Positions 13,357 through 27,877 of a DNA stretch of 64,000 nt are shown in pieces. The translations under genes and the position numbers were made by a program. This DNA is from Malacoraja senta (lineage: Eukaryota), in the NCBI GenBank assembly GCA_038087875.1, contig CM075988.1, forward strand, positions 6,760,001 through 6,824,000, in the 5' to 3' direction. The stretch's first letter is position 1. Every line of letters begins with the position of its first letter. The notes beneath the pieces are model-generated. The model saw only the letters and a list, made by a program, of their open reading frames with translations. It did not search any database and was not told the DNA's origin.

Positions 13357-14095
13357 AGTTGCTGCCTTTCAGCGCCAGAGACCAGGATTCGATCCTGACT
13401 GTGGGTGCTGTCTGTATAGAGTTTGTACGTTCTTCCTGTGACCATGTGAATTTCCTCCGGGTGCTCCGGTTTCCTCCCACATTCCAAAGACGTGCAGGAT
13501 TAGAGGTTGATTGGATTCTGTAAAATTGTCCCGTGTGCAGGATAGTGTTAATGTACGGAAGATCGCAGGTCAGTGCGGACTCGATGGGCCGAATGGCCAG
13601 TTTCCGCGCTGTATCCCTAAACTAAATTAAATTAAAGCTGGGACGTGAAATCTTCAATCCAATCTCCACTGGATCCATCAAGTTTCAATGGATCTTGGAG
13701 TCTAAATGGAACTGGGGTTCATGAAGCCGAACAGACTGATCAAGGTGCTTAAAATAAACGTATCATTTGCTTGGATTTTTAAACAGAACTAAGAATGCAG
13801 TGGTGCAGCTGGTAGAGCCACTGCCTCACAGCACCAGAGACCCAGGTTCGATCCTGACCTCGGCTATTGTCTTTGTGTTTGATCCTGTCTACAGTCTGTA
13901 CAGAATTTGTACGTTCACCATGTGACCATTTGGGTTTCCTCCCACATCCCAAATATGTGTGTATTTGTAGGTTAATTGGCCTCTGTAAATTGTGGCCTAG
14001 TTTGTTGGGAGTGGATGCAAAAGTGGGATAGCACCAGACTGGTCCGAACAGTTGGTCGGTATGGACTCGGTGTTGGGCCAAAGTGCCTATTTCCA
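13357..14095 (+). mobile_element. Two SINE copies (13357-13635 and 13795-14095)
   Basis: Same head, core and tail motifs. Confidence 0.75.
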
Positions 14096-14560
14096 TAATA
14101 ATCATAATCATACTTTATTAGCCAAGTATGTTTTGCAACATACGAGGAATTCGATTTGCCATACAGTCATACCAATATAAAGCAACAAAACAAACAAAAT
14201 ACATTTTAGCATGAACATCCACCACAGTGACTCCTCCACATTCCGCACTCTGATGGAAGGCGATCCGAAAAACAATCGCATCTCCGGCAAGGTAAGAGAT
14301 TGAAAAAAAGTTTCCCCGACCCGACACCCCCCACATAAAACAAACCAGAGAACATTAACACATACTTTTTAAACACAGCAAAAATAACAAAAAAAAAGAC
14401 GAAAAGGACAGACAGACTGTAGGCGAGGTTGCCACCAAAGCGCCACCCGGTGGAATGCTTTATCTTTTCAAAAATTGCAAACATATCACACTAGACCACT
14501 GGAGTAATGTGGACAATTCTGAGCATCGTACTTCAGGGTTGACTTCAACACCACAGGGGT

Positions 14561-14737
14561 AGACAAAAATGCTGGAGAAACTCAGTGTGTGAGGCAGCAT
14601 CTATGGAGCGAAGGAATAGGTGACGTTTCGGGTCGAGACCCTTCTTCCTTCCTTCGCTCCATAGATGCTGACTCACCCGCAGAGTTTCTCCAGCATTTTT
14701 GTCTACCTTCGAATTTTTCCAGCATCTGCAGTTCTTT
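14561..14737. mobile_element. Fold-back PLE-derived mini-element
   Basis: Inverted arms; direct repeat CTTCAACACCACAGGGGT at 14543-14560 and 14738-14755. Confidence 0.8.
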
Positions 14738-15278
14738 CTTCAACACCACAGGGGTGAGGGGGTTGTGAAAATTTGGGCTGTCCAAGGACCAGCAAATGTT
14801 GGTGGCATTTATCAAAAGTATGAGACATTGAGATGAAATCGATGGAGATGGCGATTCATCAGCTGAATAAATCAATGTCCATTAAGGGAGTACGGGTGTC
14901 AGGGGATACAGGGAGAAGGCAGGAGAAGGGGGTTGAGAGGGAAAGATAGATCAGCCACGATTGAATGGCGAAGCAGACTTGACGGACCAAATGGCCTAAT
15001 TCTGCTCCTATAACCTATAAACATGAATATCCAGATCTTAAATTTATACAGCCACTGAATGGCAGCAGTAGGGAAGATTTTATTTCCCCACTATGCAAAC
15101 CCAATTTGTAAGTAAAATTGTAGGTAAAAGGTTATCTAATGCTTCTTTCATCAGTACACATGATCTGAGGCATTCATTTTCCAATGGGTCTTACACTTGT
15201 TGAGGCAACTGGAAATTTCCACTCAAGACATTTTAGTCACATTAGATGGTATTTCAGGGAAATGAAGATCTGATTTTT

Positions 15279-17042
<1,764 letters not shown>

Positions 17043-17179
17043 CAACTGTGTTGAAGGGTTTGGAGACCAAGTACTTGGATGCGATTTCCCAAATGGAACT
17101 TAGTATACACGCAGAGACCGGTACCTTCTTAAGGACTGGCAAAATTATCTCTTAGTCATCATTATGTTAAAATCATTAC

Positions 17180-17215
17180 CTTTGTTGGAGCCATTATCTG
17201 AGGTACTGGCAATAT
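17180..17215 (-). CDS. Candidate 36-nt micro-exon
   Basis: ctcctcctgtttacag|ATATTGCC...AACAAAG|gtaatg; open in phase 0 (ILPVPQIMAPTK) and phase 1 ((D)IASTSDNGSNK). Confidence 0.45.
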
Positions 17216-17265
17216 CTGTAAACAGGAGGAGATGGTTAAAATGGGCATTAATTCTGTAAATAAAA

Positions 17266-17555
17266 TTAGTTTAGTTTAGAGATACAGCATGGAAACAGGC
17301 CCTTCGGCCCACCGAGTCCACACCGACCATCGATCACCCGTTCACACTAGTTCTATGATATTCCACTTTTGCATCCCCACCCTACACACAAGGGGCAATT
17401 TACAGAGGTGGATTGACTTACAAACCCGCACGTCTTTCGAATGTGGGAGGAAACCGGAGCACTCAGAGGTAACCCATGTGGTTACAGAGAGAACGTGCAT
17501 ACTCCGTACAGACAGAATCCGAAGCCAAGATTGAACCAGGGCCTCTGGCACTGAG
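17266..17555 (-). mobile_element. SINE copy
   Basis: Same core and tail motifs. Confidence 0.7.
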
Positions 17556-19754
17556 ACATCCATTGTACTAGATGCCAGTGCCATCCTTAAATAAGTCACA
17601 AGGTAAGATTCCAATTTTTTTTTGCTAAAGATCATGAATATCACAGAGAACGTGTTTTTCGTTTATCCGTCAAAATGAAACTATGGCTATCTTCATCTTA
17701 AAGATATTTAATCTCAATTCTTACTGAGCCCCCAAAATGTGATTTTGCCTTAAAATACCTAAATATCCCTTAACTAACTAATCTGTCATTACTTAACGTT
17801 CAATCATATTTGCTGTGCAGCTTCTGTCCAGATGACAATTTGAGTACGTCCTGCTCACAATAGTTGCCAGTTGTTAAGGAACATGTAAGTGTCAGAGAAG
17901 AAACATCAAGCACAGAAGCACAAGGAGATCCAGCATGGAAACAGGCTCTTTGGCCCATTCCAACCAAGATGCCATATCTTAGCTACGACCATTTGCCTGC
18001 ATTTGGCCCATTTGGAGGGTGGTGAATCTGTGGAATTAATTGCCACAGTCGGCTGTGGAGGCCAAGTCATTGGGTATTCTTAAGGCGGAGATTGACAGAT
18101 TCTTGATTAGTATGGGTGTCAGGGGTTATGGGTTAAAGCAGTAGGATGGGTTTGAGAGGGAAAGATAGATCAGCCATGGTTGAATGGTGGAATAGACTTG
18201 ATGGGCCGAATGGCCTAATTCTACTCATAACATAAACTTGTGAACTTATCCCTCTAAACGTTGAGATCCATGTATCTGTTGAAATGTCTTTTAAATGCTA
18301 TTATTGTACTGCCGCAACTACCTCCTCTGGCAGCTCATTCCTTATATGCACCACCCTGAATGTGGAAAAAGGCAACTCTTTCTCCTCTTACCTTAAACCC
18401 ATGTCCTCTGGTTCTTGATTCCCGTACCCTGGGTAAAAGACTGTGGATTTACGCTATCCATACCGCTCATGATTTTATAAAAGGATCATCCTTCAGTTTC
18501 TTGTGCTCCAAGAAATAAAATTCTTAGCCTACCCAACCTTTCCCAATAGTTCATCGGGATCTTGACTCCTGACAACATCCTCGTAAATCCTCTCTGCACT
18601 CTTTCCAACTAAATGACATCCTTCCTACAATCTCCAATGTAAAAATAGGAAATTGTAGATTTTATCTTAAGAGGGGAAATGGGATGTCATTGAGGAGAGA
18701 GAATGTGTAATATGGGAAAGATGTGTAATGGATATGCCGATCAGTGTACACCCAGCGATCCCCTCACATTAACACTATCCTACACACACTAGGGACAATT
18801 TACATTTATACCAAGCCAATTAACCTACAAACCTGTACGTCTTTGAGCAGATTTCAGCAGATTTTTGAACAGCTTCTCCATGCCATACAACCTTGCAGTG
18901 CCTTTTAAATACTCACTGAAATTAATAGCTCACTTGCAAATGTGTTGGATTAACACTACTTAGTCCCAATTCTGTCAGTGTGCTGGTTTCCTTTCCTTTT
19001 CATTGCTAGCTTCAGAGTAAGGAAAGATTTCGCTCTGGCTTGCTTTATTTGCAATTGTCCATGTAACAGTTTACTGCTAAACGCTTACAAAACTATCAAG
19101 ATACGGTTACAAACCTGAAAAAGTACATAATCGAAAGATTGCATACTCAGGCTAATAGTACAACATCGTTCTTGCCTTTGTGGAAGGCTTGAAATCCACC
19201 CGATCTGTGCTTTCCCATGAATGATAGAGTCCAATCAAACAGTGCTTGCCCTAAAAGATAAATTAACCATGTTGTGACGATCATGGTTTTCCCGCTTGGT
19301 CTTGGTGAACTGACAGCATATTTCCTTGCACTCACTTGAAGTGGCTTTGAGGTCATTGTGATGCTTGCTGACACTATGAAGTTTCACGAGAAGTGTAACA
19401 ATGGCGTGGCATCATCAGACGTAACCACTCCCGCACATTTTGGGTATTGTATCAATCTCTGCTTAAATGTTCATACCATCCTGGAAATTAGAAATGTCTC
19501 GCTTTTTAAAGAAACCATGGAATATAAAATCTACCAGTTCAATGGATAAGCTCAGATTTTGCTTATGAAACAATGAGAAAATGAAAGCTGCACTTAGTTT
19601 TGTAGAACTCCAATAGTCCGCTATGCTATGGAGTTTGGTGATGCTGGTTAATTTGCTGGATTATTGGATGTTATAATACTCCATCACACTTTCAATTCTC
19701 CTTTTCCAATTCTCCTTATAATAAATTTCCCAGTGAAGCTTAAAGGTAGTGCAA

Positions 19755-20082
19755 TGTATGGAGTTTGCACGTTCTCCCTGTGACTGCGTGGTTTTCACCG
19801 GGTGCTCCGGTTTCCCACGAGTTCCAAAGACGTGCAGGTTTGGAGGTTGATTGGCTTCTGTAAATTGTCCCAAGTGTGTAGGATGCAAAACTGGGATAAC
19901 ATAGAATGAGTACACTGGTGATCATTGGTTGGCACGGACTTTGTGGGTTGAAGGGCCACTTTCCACGCTGCAGCTCTAAACTAAACTAAACTAAATTAAA
20001 CTAAACTGAACTAAACTAAACTAAATTAAACTAAACTGAACTAAACTGAACTAAACTGAACTAAACTGAACTAAACTAAACT
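19755..20082 (+). mobile_element. 5'-truncated SINE with expanded (CTAAA/CTGAA)n tail at 19976-20082
   Basis: Core and tail motifs; pentamer array. Confidence 0.75.
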
Positions 20083-21291
20083 GAGTGCTGATTAATTTAA
20101 AGAGAATGTGGGAATGGGGTCCAGGTGAGTTGGAAGTGTGGAACTGGTGCTTCCGTGTGCCGGAGGGGAACGTGGGAACCCTGGTGAACTGAAAGGAGCA
20201 GGGCAAACCTCACAAGATGCCGAAACATTGGGATTTCCAAACATTTGGACTATCAGAATTTTACTGTATATTCCAATTTCATTATCATGGCACTCAAATG
20301 TGCTTCCTCAGCCAATTAACAACTGAACAGGAGGCTCCAGACAATAATCCCTTTGCTTGTGAGTAAGTATAATATTTCATAGTTTTCAGGCCACAGAATG
20401 AATTTTCCTTAAATGTATGGAGGTCTGATGTCTTGAGGCTGATGCCTGGATGGTGAGACCATGAATGGATCTCAGATCCAGACTGAATGATCTCAGGCTC
20501 AGGAGAAATTGTCGCTTTGGCAGATCACTGCTCCAGATTCATATATACTGTCATTATTTAGATGTATTCTTTTCTGATCTGATGATGCTACTTAGGATCA
20601 CTGGGCAGGAGTTCACATTCTTTTCTGTACAAACAGAAATCTCCGTAATTTTCGACCTATTATGATATAGTAGGCAAAAGATAGTTATAAACATATCACA
20701 TTTTTCATGCACAATTATTTTTAGCATCTCTCATAAAGGCCTCCAACTTTTAAAGTCTGTCCCCCCTGGACTTAAAATCCTTGTGTATTGTTTCTCTCTA
20801 TCTACCCTGTCTGTTCTCCTAAATATTTTAATAACCAATAAAATCGTGTGATATTCCAGGTTGTTTTAAATATGATGCTCTGCATAATATAACCATTGGA
20901 CTATATACTATATATACAAGCACTCACCTATGTACTTCAGCTTGCATTGTTATGGTGTGGTCACCTTGTATTCGGCACGATTTACTGTTTTATTATTTAT
21001 TGTACATTTAAGGGAGGGTCAGGAGAGTCTAAAGTTTTATTATTGTATGTACCAAAACAGAAAAAATAAAACCCTGACTTGCAGCAGCGCAGGTTTGCAA
21101 ACATAGCACTCAATAGAAACTGAACAAAAAAAGTAAAAGAAATTCAATTAAAAAAACCCTAATATAGTGCAAAAACAAAACAAAGTCTCTAGTTGCGACC
21201 AAGGCAGTTTGTAGTTAAGAGTTTGGAGTACCTAGTGTCCAACGTTGTGGTGTTGTTTAATTGCTGTGATGATGTATTTATGTGCCAGTGA

Positions 21292-21597
21292 AGGGCCTGT
21301 CCCACTGTACGAGGTAATTCAAGAGTTCTCCCGAGTTTCCCCTGATTCGAACTCGGAGAATTACGGTAATAGCCATTCGTAGGTACTCGGGGCTCTCGTG
21401 GACATTTTTCACAGTGCTGAAAAAACTTCACGAGTTACCGCGTTTCCCGAGTACCTGCCGTTAGCATTACGAGCCACTACGAGACATCCACGAGCTCCGA
21501 CGTAGCCGCTATGAACATACTACGTACTTACAACGAGTTTAATTTTTTTTTAACTCAGGAGAGCTCTTGAATTACTTCGTACAGTGGGACAGGCCCT
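21292..21597. mobile_element. PIF/Harbinger-type MITE, core A, opposite orientation to the 9852 copy
   Basis: Same TIR; flanks TGA/TAA. Confidence 0.85.
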
Positions 21598-21804
21598 TAA
21601 AGCTGCAGCTAGGAAGAATTTCTTTGCTCTGGTCCTAGTTCATGAAGCAATTAAACCCTCTTGATTCTTGATTTTTGATGTCAATCTGCAGAAGAGCGCT
21701 AGAAACATGATTCCATTTCACAAGCTGCACCAATAAATTATTCTATGTACAATCTTTTCATCAACAATTGTGTGTGTGCATTGGAAGGCTGTTTTCAATT
21801 TCCC

Positions 21805-23106
21805 CTTTAGACTTTACCTCAGAGATACAAAATGGAAACAGGCCCATCGGCCCACCGAGTCCACGCCAACCTGAAATCACCCCATACACTGACCTACACA
21901 CACTAGGGACAATTTTACAACTTACCAAAGCCAATTAACCTGTAAACCTGTATCTCTTTGGGGTGTTGGAGGGAACCGGCACACCTGGAGAAACCCATGC
22001 AGTTGCAGGGAGAACATATAAACTCCGTACAGACAGCACCCGTAGTCAGGATCAAACCCGGGTCTCTGGTGCTGTAAGGCAGCAACTCTACCGTTGTGCC
22101 ACCGTGCTGCTCTCAATGAGTGGTGAATTCTTCCATGAAGTACCTTGCTAGGATTAGATACGGGGAACTCGATTTTCTTCATCCCATCGCTGCTGAACAG
22201 AACCGCTTGTTTCAATGACTCAGTTACGTCCTCTCATCCACTCAATAAAATGTCAAATCAGAGCTGAATGTGGTACAATGGGGAGCTTTGATCCATTCAT
22301 TCTTATCTGTAGAAACAAAGAACTGCAGGTGCTGGTTTATACCAAAGATAGACAAAAAGTGTTGGAATAACTTAGCAGCTCCTCTGGAGAAAAATTATCG
22401 GTGCTGTTTCGGGTCAGGACCCTTCTTCAGACCTAAAGTGTGAAGATGAGTGTGAAGAAGGATCCCGACCTGAAATGCCACCAATCCATTTTCTCCAGAG
22501 ATGCTGCCTGACCTGCTGATTTATTCCAGCACTTTGTGTGTATCATTTTTATCTGTATTTGGGAACATGACGTAACTGCTTTATTGTCTATAACTCTGTT
22601 CTATTTGGCGTCAGACCTTCATAAAGATTGAGGGCCATTTGGGTGTTGGTAGTGTTAAATTCTGGATTGGCATATGATCACATTTGAGCTCAAAAGCCAG
22701 TTCAATTAATTGCTTCCCGTGGATGACCTGGATGAACCAGGAAATAGCCGCACTAATTACAAGTTATGTTCTCATAATGCCAAGAGGAACACAGTTCAAT
22801 CTAGAGGATCCAATATGCATGATTGCACAGGAAAGTCTAACAGAAGTGGTCACGGTGGCGCAGCGGTAGAGTTGCTGCCTTACAGCGAATGCAGTGCCGG
22901 AGACCTGGGTTCAATCCCGACTACGGGTGCTGTCTGTACAGGGTTTGTATGTTCTCCCCGTGACCTGCATGGGTTTTCTCCGAGATCTTTGGTTTCCTCC
23001 CACACGGGTTTGTAGGTTAATTGGTTTGATAAATGTTAAAATTGTCCCTTGTGGGTGTAGGGTAGTGTTAATGTGCGGGGATCACAAGTCGGCGCAGACC
23101 CGGTGG
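21805..23106. mobile_element. Two SINE copies (21805-22110 minus; 22848-23106 plus)
   Basis: Same motifs. Confidence 0.7.
22312..22543. mobile_element. Fold-back PLE-derived mini-element
   Basis: Inverted arms; 14-bp TSD with one mismatch at 22298-22311 and 22544-22557. Confidence 0.7.
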
Positions 23107-23258
23107 AACAAGTTCAGGAAAGCTCCCTTGAGCTCAACATGCAAGTATGGGCCTCTCCACCTTCAACTCTGACCCTCATTACCCACCCCTAGATTGCTGC
23201 CAGCTGAAATGGTACAACCAAGGTTGATAGAAAACTTAATTGAAGTATTTTATATTAA

Positions 23259-23413
23259 AGGGCCTGTCCCACTTGGGCGTCATTTGCAAGTGATGCGCGC
23301 ATGGCATGCATTACGCGCGCATGGCACGTGGTGACGTCGGCAGTGACGCGCGGTGACGCGCAGTGCCCCAGGATTTTGGGATTCACAAATGATGCCCAAG
23401 TGGGACAGGCCCT
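23259..23413. mobile_element. PIF/Harbinger-type MITE, core B (short)
   Basis: Same TIR; TSD TAA/TAA; CpG-rich core. Confidence 0.85.
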
Positions 23414-26400
23414 TAAGCAAGCTTTGTTAGGGTAACCGGGTGAGAAGAGGGACAATGGTTCACTGACAGATCCAGACAAAGGCAACGGCTGGAGGCCCTG
23501 CAGAAGCCTGGGGCTCACCTGGATCGGGCACCGCTCTATAAACCCTAGCAAGCAGACCAGATTTTGGAACTTTGGAAATAGTGCCAAATCTAGTGGCTTG
23601 AAAAATAATTGCACTGTGTTTTACACATGTGACAATAAAGCACCATTGTAACATGGATCATGTGCAGGCAGATGAGATTAGATTAACTTGGCATCATGTT
23701 CAGCAAGGCCTTTGTGGGCTTTCCTGTGATGCACTGTTCTATGTTCTCTGGTCTGAAGCTGGTGAGCTGTAGTGAAGCTCTGCTGTCATGGTACTGAGGA
23801 CTAGGCTTTGATATGGTGTAGGCCTTTTGACATCTGATTGTCCTTTAAACATTGTAATCGTACCTACCTTTATCACTGCCTGCAGCAGCCCCTTCCATAA
23901 ACTCATCATCACCCTCCCTGAAAAAAAAAATGTTCCTCTGGCCTCATTAAAATCTTTCACCTTAAACCTATGTCCTCTAGCTTTAGACTCGCTTACCCTT
24001 GGAGAACGACTGTGACCTCCACCTTACGCTCCTCGTGAATTTATAAACCAAATAGGTTACACCCAAGCCTGGTAGTGACCTATTTGTAACTCCTGACTCA
24101 TCGGTGTGGTTGGCTTCTAATTGCCTACTACTGTTTCAAGCAAATTAGCAATGAAGAACAACTAACAACTTGGAAAGCAATGCAATTAAGGCTAATTGAG
24201 GTTTAATATTACTGTTTGCTTGACACTTCAGCTATTATCTCAAGGGTTGAGTTAGGGGTGGAGCTTGAGGGGCATTAGTTGTTGCATGGGGGATATTTTG
24301 GGTAAGGATTGAATACTATTAACATGTAGGAAGGAACTGCAGACGCTGGTTTACACCGAAGATAGACACCAAAAGCTGGAGTAACTCAACGGGTCAGACA
24401 GCATCTCTGGAGAAAAGAAAATGGGTGATGTTTTGGGTCTAGACCCTTCTTCAGACACTATTAATACTATTATGATTTTTTTTGGAATTTTTCATTTGGT
24501 TAGAAGTTAGGTTTAATTTGGATGAATTTGTTTGGGGGTTTGGGAATGATTTATTATAATCCAGGTGTTTCTTTTTTGGAGAAGATTAACTGTTAGCAAC
24601 AAGGAGTTGTTTTATTTTAGTTCTGAAGAAGTCTCGATTCAAACGTCACCCATTCCTTCTCTCCAGAGACGCGGCCTGAGTTACTCCAGCATTTTGTGTC
24701 TATCTTCGGTTTAAACCAGCATCTGCAGTTCCTTCCTACATGTTAATAGTATTCAATCCTTACCCAAAATAACCCCATTCAAAAAACTACTGCCCCTCAA
24801 ACTCCACTCAATCCTAGAGATAATAGCTGAACTACAAAGCAGGCAGTAATCAAACCCAGCATCTGCAGTTCCTTCCTGCACAGTATTTTTGATTAGTGTT
24901 TGTTTCCGTGCTGAGGTTAGATTGAGGGTAATTTGAATCGGTGTCATCGGGACAAGCCTGGGCTTGTCACAAGTTCTCACGTCTTGAGTTTCTTCATTTC
25001 ATTGGCAACTGTCTCTTATATGTGCTTATTTTTCTTATTTTTACCTACTCTCTCCTCGGCTTATTTCAATGTCGAGGTTCCGAAGGTGGTTCCACACCAG
25101 ATGAAAGTACATGGATGCCAACTGAGCGATACTTTAAGGATTTGAATGAGTGTAAAGCGACAAGAGTTGTTTTGGAGTTAGGAATTGCTCAATAGGGCTT
25201 GTTTGGCCCAGGGTCTGAGTTATAGAGAGATGCTGGGCTGGCTAGAACTTTATTCCGTGGAGTGTAGGAGGCTGAAAGGTATCATATAGAGGGGTATAAA
25301 ATCATGAGGGATAAAAATAGGGTAAATGCACAGAGGCTTTACCCCAGGAATAGGGAATGAAGAACTAGAGGGCATTGGTTTAAGGTGAGAGGGTGAGGAT
25401 TTAATAGGGCCCTCAGGGGCACCATTCTCACACAGGAGGTGGTGGGTCTATGGAATGAGCTGACAGAGGAAGGGGTTGAGGGTTGTACAATAACAAGTGC
25501 ATGGGTAGGAATGTTTCAAAGTGCTATGGGTCAAAAGCAGGCAAATGGGATTCGCATAGATGGTCATGTTGGTCGGCATGGACAAGTTGGGCCGAAGGGA
25601 CTGTTTCCGTACTGTACGACACCATGCATTTCTAATTAAGTCTGGTTTTGAGGCTAGGATGTTACCAAATATGGATTAGGATTGACTTTACGGCTAGAAG
25701 TTAGGAGGCTTCAGGATATGTTTGTTTATGGGTAAAGGTTGGATTGTTTTGAAGGTTTTGGTTGGAATTTTCTTAAGAGATAGGATGGGATCTTTTAAGA
25801 GTTTGAGTTTAGTGCTATGCAATTAGTGAATTGCAATTGACAGTTTAGGATTGCTTAAAAGTTTGTGGAGGGTTAGGAATAGGCTAATAGGTTAATGGAA
25901 TAAGTTTAGGATCAGCGTTAGGGTGATACAGAGTTGTCACTTGCAATGTGCACTGTTGTTTTGCCACCACAGTTGCTGCCTGATCCACTGGGTCTCTCCA
26001 ACAGTTGCTTTTTGCCCTGTAAACAATAGGATTGTTCTCATTAGTGTAGGTGACTCATGAGAGGTTTTGATTGAAGGAGATTGCTAATTGATCTGTGCAT
26101 CCAAAGAGAGGTGTGTTTTGATTTTTATTTGTTCTACAGCCACGTCCCCTTAAGAGGCGCTGGTATCAGGGATTATATGTTCCCAGTACATTTTATGATG
26201 AATGTACATATAAATATTAATATAAATTGTACATATACTGTACAAATAGTACATACAAATATACACATAAATAATTTGAGTATGTGTGAAAGAAGATAGA
26301 CAGAAGATAGAGTAACTCAGCGGGACAGCCAGCATCTCTGGAGAAAAGGAAAAGATTATGTCTTGCGTCGAGACCTTCAGCAGACAGAATAATTTAACTT

Positions 26401-26578
26401 CTAACCAAGGGCATGCAACGCCCAAACTAGCTTTATGCAGGTATTACTGATATCAGCATTTACTTCAAAGAATTGAGATAATGGCTGATGGGTAACATTT
26501 AATGACATTTTCTAACAAAAAATGTATCAATTCTTTATGTACAATATATGCTGTGAAGATTTCAATGGAAAATAATAA

Positions 26579-27442
26579 TTAGCCAAGTGGAATGTCACTA
26601 AATCCATCTTCCTCTATGTGGCCTTCCTGTAAGCGGTCATCTTCTTCACCCTTAATTGGGTCAGGCGATTGTGTTTTAGGTTTCACCTTCTGCGTCAACT
26701 GATGGATTTGACTTTTGAACTTCTTCTTCACACCTGTGCTCCAGGTCTCCAATCTGTTGATCAGCTTCAATTGAGAGTTCTCCCTTTCGTTGGACGAGTG
26801 CTGCAAAGATTCCGGGTGGGCGTGGAGTTGTGTGAGGGGCTCTGGGTCAGGTGGAGGGTCCCAAATCGTGGACCAGAGGGACAGGTCCTGGTCAATGGAG
26901 AAGATGGGGCTGTCACTGGCAGCGGACAGGGAATCATTGTCACTCCCCGAACTGAGCGAGCCACTAAAGTCCTCTGCCTTCTGGCAGATCAGAATGATTG
27001 GATCGGAGATTCCCGCTGTGCTTGCATCGTTTCTGCAGATCTGTGTCGGAGTGCTGCCAGCCCTGTTCGCAATTGTGACATCTTCAGCACCATTTAACTC
27101 CATCGCCACCTCCTCCTGATAAGTGCACGTCTCCGAGCCTTTCCTAGGTTCGTTCACCTTTATGCCTTCACCACTTGTGATCCTCTCCTTCTCTTGCCCT
27201 GTCTGCATTCCGTATACCTGCAACCCATTTGTAGTAGGTGGATGCTCCTTGCCATTTGCCGATGCATCAGAACCCTTCACGACATTTAGTGATCCACTGG
27301 AGGTTAAGTTACTCTGGGGCACCGGTATGTCTTCCTCAGGGGCACTGCTAAGTCCTTGGTCTGAATTCGGTTGTACCTGTTTCTTCAAAGGTTCGACCAT
27401 CTTACCTCTGGATGCCTTCAGAAAATTCACTGGACTCCTCAT
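26579..27442 (-). CDS. Unidentified 287-aa ORF (MRSPVNFLK...EEDGFSDIPLG*), S/D/E/P-rich and probably largely disordered
   Basis: Longest non-repeat ORF in the window; first ATG at 27442 (G at -3), preceded by an in-frame TAA just after an acceptor ttcaaacag| at 27501; AATAAA at 26129-26124; no TE motifs. Confidence 0.65.
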   Translation of the reverse strand: MRSPVNFLKASRGKMVEPLKKQVQPNSDQGLSSAPEEDIPVPQSNLTSSGSLNVVKGSDASANGKEHPPTTNGLQVYGMQTGQEKERITSGEGIKVNEPRKGSETCTYQEEVAMELNGAEDVTIANRAGSTPTQICRNDASTAGISDPIILICQKAEDFSGSLSSGSDNDSLSAASDSPIFSIDQDLSLWSTIWDPPPDPEPLTQLHAHPESLQHSSNERENSQLKLINRLETWSTGVKKKFKSQIHQLTQKVKPKTQSPDPIKGEEDDRLQEGHIEEDGFSDIPLG

Positions 27443-27682
27443 TACAAATGATCTCTTCTTATCAATTCCCAGCTGTTCAAACAATGCCAAACCACATTAA
27501 ACTGTTTGAATAAATCATAAATTTAACAGACAATCTGCCAGTTGCTTAAAATATTTGCACAGATTAACTGACTTTTGGGCTTTGTGATGTGAGGTATAAA
27601 TGTTGGGTTGCAAGTTGATGTAACAGAGTAACTTAACATTATTCAGCACATCCAGTCTGATCAGGATTTATCATTTACTTAC

Positions 27683-27877
27683 CAGCAGTTTACACCAGTA
27701 TCAGGGTCAAGGAAAGAGCGTTCACGTCGCGGCCCTGTTTCCACCAACCTTTCCACCACCACGCACAAGAAGCACCAGAAGCGACAAGACAGGCACCATT
27801 GTGTGCAGATGCCGAGAAGTGTGTTCAGCTCTGGCTGAACAACTTCTAATCTTGTGTGTGGACTCGATAAGAAGAAT
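27683..27877 (-). other. Candidate spliced exon (195 nt, probably 5' UTR) upstream of the 287-aa ORF
   Basis: Strong acceptor gtttttcttttag|AT and consensus donor CTG|gtaagt, 181 nt above the acceptor at 27501. Confidence 0.5.

Noticed and set aside
19089..20975. Several other isolated splice-like signals (minus: ~19114-19089, donor near 19336, acceptors near 20188 and 20624, donor near 20917; plus: ~20312-20362)
   Set aside because: No consistent open reading chain could be built; they are expected by chance or belong to a non-coding transcript I cannot support.
25640..25930. G/T-skewed tract with scattered TTAGG-like words
   Set aside because: No regular (TTAGGG)n array; too degenerate to call interstitial telomeric repeat.
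26669..27500. Plus-strand ORFs of 142, 109 and 125 aa
   Set aside because: Antisense shadows of the 287-aa minus-strand ORF.
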